From Chloroflexota bacterium (lineage in GTDB: Bacteria; Chloroflexota; Limnocylindria; Limnocylindrales; CSP1-4): a stretch of DNA of 63,733 bases. Below the pieces are notes generated by a model, which was given only the letters and a program-made list of their open reading frames with translations, did no database searches and was not told the origin of the DNA. The stretch lies in assembly GCA_021813655.1 (NCBI GenBank), contig JAKAJU010000172.1, forward strand, positions 1 to 63,733, read 5' to 3'. Shown here in pieces: positions 1-8,757 of the stretch (position 1 is its first letter; each line of letters opens with the position of its first letter). The position numbers and the translations under genes were made by a program.

Positions 1-492
1 TGGACCCTCCATGCCGGTGACTCGATGCAGGCACGCATCTGGAACCCACAGTCGGGTTCGGGTCCCGCGCGGTTCTCGTTCACGATGCCCGCGCCACCCG
101 CGACCGCCCCGGCGATCACCAGCGTGTGCGTCACCTGGTTCTTCCAGGGCGTGGGCACGATCGGTCCAGGCGCGGGCTTCCGGGTCGACGGCGCGGGCTT
201 CGGCACGCATGCTCCCTACGACGGGGTCTCAACGTACTTGCAGATCGCCGACCTCACCGGGGGCTGGGGCGCGGGCTTCCAGGACGCGGGTGGCCAGGAC
301 GCCGTCCACGTGCACGTGACGACCTGGAACGACAACGCGATTCTCCTCTACCTGACCGGTGCCTATGGTCAGAACGGCTGGATCGTCCACCCTTGGGACC
401 GGATGCAAGCACGGGAGTGGAACCCACAGACCGGGACAGGACCCGCGACGTTCGACTTCACGATGCCGGATTACGCGACGTGTCCACAGTGA
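1..492 (+). CDS. hypothetical protein, 3' part of an ORF open to the window edge; contains an internal duplication
   Basis: Frame 1 is open from nt 1 (WTLHAGDS precedes the listed Met at 25) to TGA 490-492. The motif W-x-x-H-x-x-D-x-MQAR-x-WNPQ-x-G-x-GPA-x-F-x-FTMP occurs at both ends of the translated segment. Confidence 0.45.
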   Translation, partial: WTLHAGDSMQARIWNPQSGSGPARFSFTMPAPPATAPAITSVCVTWFFQGVGTIGPGAGFRVDGAGFGTHAPYDGVSTYLQIADLTGGWGAGFQDAGGQDAVHVHVTTWNDNAILLYLTGAYGQNGWIVHPWDRMQAREWNPQTGTGPATFDFTMPDYATCPQ

Positions 493-809
493 TCAGATGG
501 TGGCGGTCATGTCCGCGGTGACGTAGCGACATCCGGCGTCGGAACTCCAGGGGCGACCGCGGTGGCCGAGAGCTTGGGCAGCTCGGCCGAGGCGGCCCGC
601 TCCGCACGGGTCTGAGGTTCGAGCGAGGGAGCTCGCGCCGCCCGCCCAGGTGTCCGCCAACGCCCGCGAGGTCGGTCGGCACGACGCGGGTCATGGTGTG
701 GGCTTCGGAAACCATCGCAACCCGCGAACCCGCCGACTCGAGCCCGCGGCACTGCTGACGTCAACCGCGTCGCCGGATCGCGCCTCAACGCCGGCAAACC
801 CGTTCCACG

Positions 810-1286
810 TCAGCCGATGTCGCGCACTCGAGAGGAGACGGTGAGGTCGCCCGGCACTAGCACTTCGAGTAGCACGCCCCGCGGATGCCGGACTCCGGCC
901 CAGTAGGATCGAGCTGACTGTTCCGCGGTCGCCGGAAGGGCACGGACCGCACTGAACCATCGCATGTCGGCCACAAACACTCGTTCGGCGCCGGAGGTCA
1001 CCTCGTAGATGTGCCCGAGGCGGCCGAATTCCACCGCGAAGCCGACAGCGTCCTCCTCGGAGAGGCAGGCGAAACAGCACTGCGCCCGGGCCGGACAGTC
1101 CGCGAACTCGCGCGACCGCACGGCCTCAAGTACGGCCTCAGTCGTGCGCTGATCGTTCCCGGGTTCCGCCTGGCCGAGACGCGCCAGCCATCGGCCGGGC
1201 AGCCGGCGCTCCCCCGGACCGAGATCCTGCCCCGTCACTAGGTAGAGGCGCCGCGGCGTTTCCTGCCACAGCAACGTCCGATCCAC
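810..1286 (-). CDS. hypothetical protein, DUF2441-like pattern (tentative)
   Basis: Only the C-terminal ~158 aa of track ORF 810..1511 look protein-like (LEAVRSREFADCPARAQCCFACLSEEDAVGFA...GHIYEVTSGAERVFVADMRW). The N-terminal part overlaps the upstream gene and is Arg-rich. In-frame GTG at 1286 is preceded by GAGGAAG. Confidence 0.5.
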   Translation of the reverse strand: MDRTLLWQETPRRLYLVTGQDLGPGERRLPGRWLARLGQAEPGNDQRTTEAVLEAVRSREFADCPARAQCCFACLSEEDAVGFAVEFGRLGHIYEVTSGAERVFVADMRWFSAVRALPATAEQSARSYWAGVRHPRGVLLEVLVPGDLTVSSRVRDIG

Positions 1287-1389
1287 CTTCCTCAGCTGTC
1301 GAGATGCCCTCCTGTGGTCTGTCACAAGATCCGGCGTGGTGTTGGCCCGCGCCCGGGCTCTGCCGCGGGCCCGCCGGGCGCTGAGGCGG

Positions 1390-2460
1390 CTACCGGGCGA
1401 AGCGCCGCTGACGCAGCACGTCAACGAATGCCAAGCTTCCGTCCGAGTCCCGGAACCGCCAGAACGTCCAGCCGTTCGTCGGCGGGTACTCACGTCCGGG
1501 TGGTGCGCCAACGATAGACTTCCGGGCCATGCCGCCAGCGATCGAGAGGGAGTCGTACGTCACACCGTTCCAGGCCACCCTGCCGTCCGCCTCGATGCGA
1601 GCAGTGAGCTTCTGGCCCTTGTACGTCGTCTCGATGTCGAGCGGCAGCGCGACGATGCCTGACGAGATCAGATCCTTGAGTGTCACGTGGCGCCAAGGGG
1701 TCTTGTCCGGGGCCGCCGGTTGATCGATCACGACCGTCGCCGCGCCGACCGCCGGCGGCGCCGGGGCCTTCTGAGCAGCGGGCGTCACCAGGACCGATGG
1801 AGCGCCCTGGTAGACGAGCGAGACGGTCGCGCGGCCGAGGCTTTGGCGCACATCGGTCAGGGACAGCGCGGGAACGCGCTTGTGGATCAGGTGGAGGAAG
1901 TCCGTCGGTGGTTCGATCCCCACCAGGCTCTCGATGGCGTGTCTGACCTGACGATCAACGAAGTACTGGCGCCACAGGTCATCGATGATCGTGCCCTGAA
2001 GCTGGGCCTTGGACAGGAGCATGAGGGTGCTCTGGCTGTCCGGCTGGTCGGAGGCAATGACGACGCGCTTGAAGAGCTTCTGGGAGATCGGTACCGGAGC
2101 GTGCGCGTTGTAGACGCGGTACTCGTTCCCGTCCGTCAGGACGATCCACTCGACGACGCCGGCGACTCCCGCGTAGCCCATGACCTGACCGGCCCAGTGG
2201 TCAAGGTTCTCTCCGAGAGCCTTCGCCTCGACGAAGAGTCGCAGGTTCCCGTGCACGAAGAGAGCGTAGTCGACGGGGTTGTCGCCCTTCCTGAGTTTGT
2301 ACTCGCAACGCACCTCGTCGAGGTCTTCAACGTCCCAGCCGAGGGCACGTAGCACCGGCTCGATCAGGGCGTGCTTCGTGTTCTCCTCGCCGATCGCCTG
2401 CCCTTGGTGCTTCGCGATCCGCTCCCGAACCTGAGCAAGAGCCACCGCGACGTCGTTCAT
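1390..2460 (-). CDS. PD-(D/E)xK nuclease (type I restriction enzyme HsdR N-terminal-like domain) fused to a C-terminal RAMA/DUF4357-like domain
   Basis: N-terminus EENTKHALIEPVLRALGWD...PVDYALFV...LFVEAKAL gives a D...ExK nuclease motif typical of HSDR_N. A Pro/Ala linker follows. C-terminus is ARIEADGRVAWNGVTYDSLSIAGG...PTNGWTFWRF...LAFVDVLR. Confidence 0.8.
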   Translation of the reverse strand: MNDVAVALAQVRERIAKHQGQAIGEENTKHALIEPVLRALGWDVEDLDEVRCEYKLRKGDNPVDYALFVHGNLRLFVEAKALGENLDHWAGQVMGYAGVAGVVEWIVLTDGNEYRVYNAHAPVPISQKLFKRVVIASDQPDSQSTLMLLSKAQLQGTIIDDLWRQYFVDRQVRHAIESLVGIEPPTDFLHLIHKRVPALSLTDVRQSLGRATVSLVYQGAPSVLVTPAAQKAPAPPAVGAATVVIDQPAAPDKTPWRHVTLKDLISSGIVALPLDIETTYKGQKLTARIEADGRVAWNGVTYDSLSIAGGMARKSIVGAPPGREYPPTNGWTFWRFRDSDGSLAFVDVLRQRRFAR

Positions 2461-2672
2461 CGGTGCCTACACCTCCCGAGCGGAGTGTAGGTGGCTGGGC
2501 TCACGCGAAGAAGGCCGGCAACGAACACCCGGATCACGATCGGAACATGGTGTCCGCGCGGCCCGGGGCACCGCCGCGTCGAACCGCAAGGCGGCGTCCG
2601 GACGAGGGATGGGCGTCAGTGGCCGCCGCGGCGACGTTCAGCGACCGCCCGAATGAGGGTCCGAGGCCGCGG

Positions 2673-2847
2673 TCACGCGAGCTGAGCCGACTTCGTCAGG
2701 ACCTCACGGACCGCGAAGTAGGCGGGTTTCGAGTGCGCCGGGTCGGTGAACAGCGCCAGGACTGACCGGGTGAGTGCCCGTGCCTTCGTCCGTGAGGGTC
2801 CAGAACGAGATCCTCTGGACGCCCGCGTACGAGCGGCGGACTGTCAA
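2673..2847 (-). pseudogene. frameshifted mini-ORF (~58 codons if repaired), start overlaps the SIR2 stop
   Basis: TTG 2847-2845 overlaps the SIR2 TGA 2846-2844. This frame reads (M)TVRRSYAGVQRISFWTLTDEG and then degenerates. The +1 frame from 2786 reads KARALTRSVLALFTDPAHSKPAYFAVREVLTKSAQLA-stop but has no start codon of its own. Confidence 0.25.
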
Positions 2848-3872
2848 CTAAAGAGCCACGACCATTCCTTGCCGGCAACGAAGCGGGTGAATCCGCCTGT
2901 CTCGACGTGCGTCTCGCCAATCGGGATCCGAGCATTGGTAAGTCTGTCCACTATCGGTGCGGCGTCTGACCCCGCGACGACCTGGACGCGACAGCCGGGC
3001 ATGAGGGCGTCGGCCATCAGACGGAGGAACGGCTCGTCCGCGGCACGCCACCCGATGAGCAGTAGCCGCGTGGCCTTGGCCAAGCTGAGCCTGACCTCGG
3101 CGACGTGGGCCTGCGGACATTCGAAGGCGGACTTAGAGGCCAGCGGAATGGCTAGCGCCGGGAACGCCCAACGGCCATCGCCGGTCGTCGGCTCGGCGTT
3201 GGCCACCAAGGCGAAGTCGTCGCGTGAGAACTCCAATTGGTCAACGAGCCGGATCATCTCGTTCTTGCGCCAATCGCGGTCCCCTCTGTCAGGCCCGGGG
3301 CCCGCGACCGGGTGTGCCCACGTGACGGAGCCGTGAACCTTGATCAGGGACGTGCCTCGCCAGCCAAGGTAGCTGCCGATGTCCCTGAACTCCCAACCGA
3401 GCTGTTGCGTGCAGGCCTGCTCGAGGATCGTGTCGTAGTTGAAGGTGACGTATGTGACACTCTCGCCCGTGGTCACGCGCCACTCCTCGATTGCATCGAC
3501 CAGGTCCGCGTAGTTGGTGAGCCCGTTGCCAGCCTGTGGCCACAGGCTGCACTCCGTCAGCATGTCCTGCAGGTAGAACCTGACCGCGGCGAGTTGCTGC
3601 CGCAGGCGTGGGGAACTCATCGACCGTTCGTTGTGGAGCTCGAGAGCCGTCTCGACAGGCACGCCTCGACCCACAGCGCGCCGGACGTCCGACATGAGCG
3701 CGGCCGCGACCCCGTACCGGCCGACCGTGTCGCCGAAGACGGCCCGATTGCCGAAGAGATCGTCGGCGAGCGGTGGTTGTCGCTGCAGCTGCCACTCGTT
3801 CAAGCCCGGCCGCAGATTCGCCCGGTCGACCGAGTCGTATGAGGCGCCGGCACCGAAGACAACCACCAACAC
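2844..3872 (-). CDS. SIR2-like (SIR2_2 family) protein, predicted NAD+-consuming effector
   Basis: VVVFGAGASYDS (Rossmann GAGxS), VTFNYDTILEQ (N-x-D), LIKVHGSVTW (catalytic His) and LLLIGWRAADEPF are all present. GTG at 3872 lies 6 nt after GGAGG (3883-3879). The upstream part of the track ORF is Arg-rich and was rejected. Confidence 0.8.
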   Translation of the reverse strand: MLVVVFGAGASYDSVDRANLRPGLNEWQLQRQPPLADDLFGNRAVFGDTVGRYGVAAALMSDVRRAVGRGVPVETALELHNERSMSSPRLRQQLAAVRFYLQDMLTECSLWPQAGNGLTNYADLVDAIEEWRVTTGESVTYVTFNYDTILEQACTQQLGWEFRDIGSYLGWRGTSLIKVHGSVTWAHPVAGPGPDRGDRDWRKNEMIRLVDQLEFSRDDFALVANAEPTTGDGRWAFPALAIPLASKSAFECPQAHVAEVRLSLAKATRLLLIGWRAADEPFLRLMADALMPGCRVQVVAGSDAAPIVDRLTNARIPIGETHVETGGFTRFVAGKEWSWLFS

Positions 3873-4141
3873 GGCCAGCCTCCATTGACGGTATCCTCGC
3901 GGTCGGTCCGCCTCAGCTTCTGCTCGGCCACGTCTGTACCTGGCGTCGCGAGGCACCTGCCCGGCGCGGAGTCGTCCGCGCCTGCAGCTTCGCCCCGAGC
4001 GGCCTGACCCGTGAGGCGCGCACACGGGGGAGACGCCAGCCGGGCGCGGAGGGCGCCACGAGCCTTCCGGCTAGCCTGACGCCCGACACACGTGTGCCGA
4101 TCTACCGGCCGGGCGCGGCCTCCGCGTGCCGGCGACGCGCG

Positions 4142-4315
4142 TCAGGTCTTGTCGACCACCTCCGCTGTCGGTGCGTCGCGCTTGACGACGGCAATCGCGC
4201 TGTAGCAGCTGGCCTTGTCGCGCATGAGCTCGGACGACGCCATGATCTCGTGGTTCGCGCCGCGGATGCGCCACATGAACTGTCCGGTCGCGCTGCGGAC
4301 GATCTCGAAGTACAT
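4142..4315 (-). CDS. YegP/DUF1508 (UPF0339) family small protein, 57 aa, not in the ORF track
   Basis: Own translation: MYFEIVRSATGQFMWRIRGANHEIMASSELMRDKASCYSAIAVVKRDAPTAEVVDKT-stop. The pattern FEI..x..G.f.wRl.a.NgEI.a.Se.y..K.s....I..vk..A is characteristic of DUF1508. A GGGGG run lies 7 nt upstream of the ATG. Confidence 0.75.
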   Translation of the reverse strand: MYFEIVRSATGQFMWRIRGANHEIMASSELMRDKASCYSAIAVVKRDAPTAEVVDKT

Positions 4316-4569
4316 CGATTGCCCCCTGGCTAGTCGCCGGCTGGGGTCGCCTGCCCCGACTCGCCAGCTCCCCGCGAGCCTACGCCCCGCCCCTGACGCA
4401 TGGCAACACGGCGAGGCAATCCCTGCCAGCGTTCGGCGAGATCTGGACCCCTGGCATCGGCCACATCCGAGCCTGCAGTCTCGGCGGCCACGATTTCCAG
4501 TTCGTGTTGCTAACCGGTCGCTCCTGAGTGAGGTATGTGGGTGACCACACCCCCTTCAGGAGACAGCCG

Positions 4570-5502
4570 ATGAACCCCCAGCTCCTCCCTGCCCCCGCCC
4601 GCGACGACGTCCCGGCCTGGCAGCGGACGGTCGTCGCCTTCCTCGCCGAGAAGGAGCGGCGCTCGGGGTCCCGGCGGACCGTCGAGAGCTACGCCCGGAT
4701 GCTCTGGCCATTCCTCGACCGGGTTGGCTCGCCCGAGCAGGTGGTACCAGCCCATGTCCTCGCCTGGGCCTACGGCATCGGCGCCTCAGGTCGCGAGCCC
4801 TCGTCGGCGACGGTCGGTGCCCGGATCGCGTGTCTGTCCTCCTACTACCGGTTCCTCATCCGCATGAACGTCACGACGGCGAACCCGTGCGACGCCCTCG
4901 AGCGCCCCCGGAGCGTGCAATCCGTCGCGCGGGGTCTCACCGCCGACGAGGTCCGCCGCCTCCTCGCGGTCGTCCCCGACACGGTGGCCGGCCGTCGGGA
5001 TCGGGCGCTCCTGCTCACGTTCGTCCTCACCGGCAGGCGGCGGGCCGAGGTGATCGGCCTCACCGCCGGGGACATCAGCATCGAGGGTGAGACCGCGTTC
5101 TACACGTATCGCGGCAAGGGCGGCAAGATCGGGCGGCGGGAGCTCCCCCGCCCCGCCTACGCGGCCCTGTGTGCCACGCTCGCCGACGCCGGGCTGTCGC
5201 TGGCCGACATGGACCCCGCCGCCTCGCTCTGGCAGGCAGCGGCCGGGACGCGGGGCGTGACGAGCTCGACGTTCTACGCGCGGTTCCGCCGGTACCTCCG
5301 AGCCGCCGGGCTCGCGCCCTCCGGGCTGCACATCCTCCGCCACACGGCGGCGAAGCTCCGCCGCGACGCCGGGGCATCGATCGAGGCCGTGTCCGCGTTC
5401 CTCGACCACTCCAGCCTCGCCGTTACCTCGGTCTACCTCCGGCGGCTCGAGGGCGAGGCCGATCGGACGTGGCCCGAGGTCGCGATCGCGATCGGGCTGT
5501 GA
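4570..5502 (+). CDS. tyrosine recombinase / phage-type integrase
   Basis: N-terminal SAM-like domain (TVESYARMLWPFL). Catalytic residues: R in TGRRRAEVIGL, HILRHTAA (HxxR) and the Tyr in AVTSVYL. ATG 4570 lies after GGAGA; the track start at 4528 is an alternative. Confidence 0.9.
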   Translation: MNPQLLPAPARDDVPAWQRTVVAFLAEKERRSGSRRTVESYARMLWPFLDRVGSPEQVVPAHVLAWAYGIGASGREPSSATVGARIACLSSYYRFLIRMNVTTANPCDALERPRSVQSVARGLTADEVRRLLAVVPDTVAGRRDRALLLTFVLTGRRRAEVIGLTAGDISIEGETAFYTYRGKGGKIGRRELPRPAYAALCATLADAGLSLADMDPAASLWQAAAGTRGVTSSTFYARFRRYLRAAGLAPSGLHILRHTAAKLRRDAGASIEAVSAFLDHSSLAVTSVYLRRLEGEADRTWPEVAIAIGL

Positions 5503-5605
5503 GGGCGCGCCGCGCCGGACCGCCGTCCGCGCATCGACGTCACGAAGGGACCGACATGGGCCATCCGGATCGGTCGCCGCTCAGCGGCTTCATGGCATCC
5601 CGCGA

Positions 5606-6424
5606 CTACGCCTGCCCGACCTCGTCAGTCTGCCGCCGGGCATGCACCCACCGGCGCCGTCGCGCACGACTCGCGCACCGCGGGCTGCAGAACCGCTGGC
5701 GCGGGTCCGACACGAGGAAGAACCGGCCGTCATCCTCGCACTCCGCGAGCGGGTAGCGGGTGGTCACGAGCAGAGCGGCCGCGTGGTAGGCATGCCCGAC
5801 GAGGTCCGGTGCCTCGACCGCGAGTCGATAGCGGGCCGGAGGGCCTGCGCCACCGTCCTCCCCCACGTCCCAGTCGACCTCCGCCTCGACGCGCTCCTGG
5901 CATCCCTCGAGGCCGCTGCTGAGCATCCACGCGACGAGGATCGACATCTGAGCGAGCAACTCGTCGTCGTTCGCGGCCCGCGCGGCGAAGAGCGGCCGAA
6001 CGGCCGGTTCGAACCCGTCCCGCAGGGCGCGCAGGGCATCGGCGTCGCCGGCGACCGCAGCCTGCAGCGTGCTCGCGAGCCGCAGCGTCGCCGAGAGGTG
6101 CGTCGCGGTCTGTTCCCAGTCGGCCCAGGGCTCGCGCAGATCGCCACCGGGCTCGCTGTGCCGGAGTAGGCCGTACCGGCGGACGAACTCCACGGCATCG
6201 GTCGGTGTCCGCACCGCGGCGAGGTCGAAGACAAGGTCGCGCTCGGTGATCGGGAAGTACTCCTCGATCCCGAGGGGATCGAGCTCGATCCAACCCTTCG
6301 CGTAGCGCGCCTTGGGGCCGCGGATCCAGGGCCTCGTCGCCGTCCGGACGTATCGCGCGTAGAGAGGGGCTTGAGAGATCACGTCATCCACACGGTAGCA
6401 CGCACCATCTGTCAGAGCAAGCAC
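5606..6424 (-). CDS. hypothetical protein with C-terminal CGNR-like zinc-finger motif
   Basis: Protein-like translation runs from about VLALTDGACYRVDDV to ...CEDDGRFFLVSDPRQRFCSPRCASRARRRRW. The start is uncertain (in-frame GTG at 6424, 6391 and 6382). The upstream part of the track ORF is low-complexity. Confidence 0.5.
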   Translation of the reverse strand: MLALTDGACYRVDDVISQAPLYARYVRTATRPWIRGPKARYAKGWIELDPLGIEEYFPITERDLVFDLAAVRTPTDAVEFVRRYGLLRHSEPGGDLREPWADWEQTATHLSATLRLASTLQAAVAGDADALRALRDGFEPAVRPLFAARAANDDELLAQMSILVAWMLSSGLEGCQERVEAEVDWDVGEDGGAGPPARYRLAVEAPDLVGHAYHAAALLVTTRYPLAECEDDGRFFLVSDPRQRFCSPRCASRARRRRWVHARRQTDEVGQA

Positions 6425-6455
6425 ACGGTAGATGCCACATCTACCGTGTATTATA
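6424..6455 (-). promoter_or_regulatory. perfect 11-bp inverted repeat adjacent to a TATAAT box (minus strand)
   Basis: cacggtagatg-cca-catctaccgtg at 6424-6448. The reverse complement of 6450-6455 is TATAAT. A half-site cacggtag recurs at 6391-6398. The region is locally AT-richer. Confidence 0.35.
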
Positions 6456-6745
6456 CCTCCGAACAGCGTCCCTGTCGGCGGGGGCAACGTGGAGTCGGAG
6501 ATCGCTGCGGTGAGAGTCACGCTCACGGAACGGACGTGGTGCGGTGACGCCGCGCCCGAGGCACCGACAGGGCTCGGACTTGGATGCGCCGACGCGGACA
6601 GCGCCGGTCGCTCGCCAGTCGCCGAGGAACGATCCGGATGAGCGCGCGCGGCGTCCGTCGCCTGAGGACCGTGAGTGTGGGCGACAGGACGCAAGTGGAA
6701 GGGCACCGCGTACTCGCGGGCGGTGCATGGGACGTATCGTCGGGG

Positions 6746-6918
6746 ATGGTGCCGGCGGAATCGACATCGGACCCGCTCGTGACGGCCCTCGCCCAGCTCG
6801 TTCGCGACCGGTGGGCCGCCGAGCGCGGCGACGGCGAGAAGCTGGTTGCCTCGGCACGCGTTCCGAGCAACATGGTGACCATGGTCCGACAGCGCTCGAA
6901 CGTCGATCGGACCTCAGC

Positions 6919-6922
<4 letters not shown>
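6746..6922 (+). CDS. small hypothetical protein coupled to the serine recombinase
   Basis: MVPAESTSDPLVTALAQLVRDRWAAERGDGEKLVASARVPSNMVTMVRQRSNVDRTSA. Its TGA (6920-6922) overlaps the recombinase GTG (6919-6921) as GTGA. Third positions are GC-rich. The start is uncertain. Confidence 0.3.
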
Positions 6923-8461
<1,539 letters not shown>

Positions 8462-8616
8462 ACCGAGGTGCCCTGAGGCGACGGGATGATACCACCTGCC
8501 GACGGGACGGCCACGAGCCGCAGGTCGCGCGCGGCGGTGCGACGTCCGAGGAGGCGGTGCGCGGGCCGGATCAGCCGGCCCGCAGGTTCGTCTCGTCAGC
8601 CCGCGGCCTTGCTCGG

Positions 8617-8700
8617 TCAGTCGAGCACCTCACGGACCTTGTTGCCGAGCGCCTCCGCGGTGAAGGGCTTGTCGAGGAAAGCGACGTCCCCGTCGGGGAG
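8617..8700 (-). pseudogene. relic of the 3' end of a response-regulator receiver domain
   Basis: Only the last 27 codons look real: LPDGDVAFLDKPFTAEALGNKVREVLD-stop, matching the (A/G)xxFLxKPFxxxxLxxxV tail of REC domains. Upstream in the same frame is antisense glpD. Confidence 0.3.
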
Positions 8701-8757
8701 CCACGTCGGGTCCGGCGGACCCGTCCGCCGCCGCGGCCGCTGCACTACGATGGCCAC

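Noticed and set aside
4316-4569. Possible excisionase or small ORFs upstream of the tyrosine integrase, on either strand.
   Set aside because: The candidate frames (for example ATG 4399, 37 codons, or the minus-strand VAAETAGSDV... frame) are Gly/Arg/Ser-rich. They have no HTH-like pattern and no convincing start or RBS.
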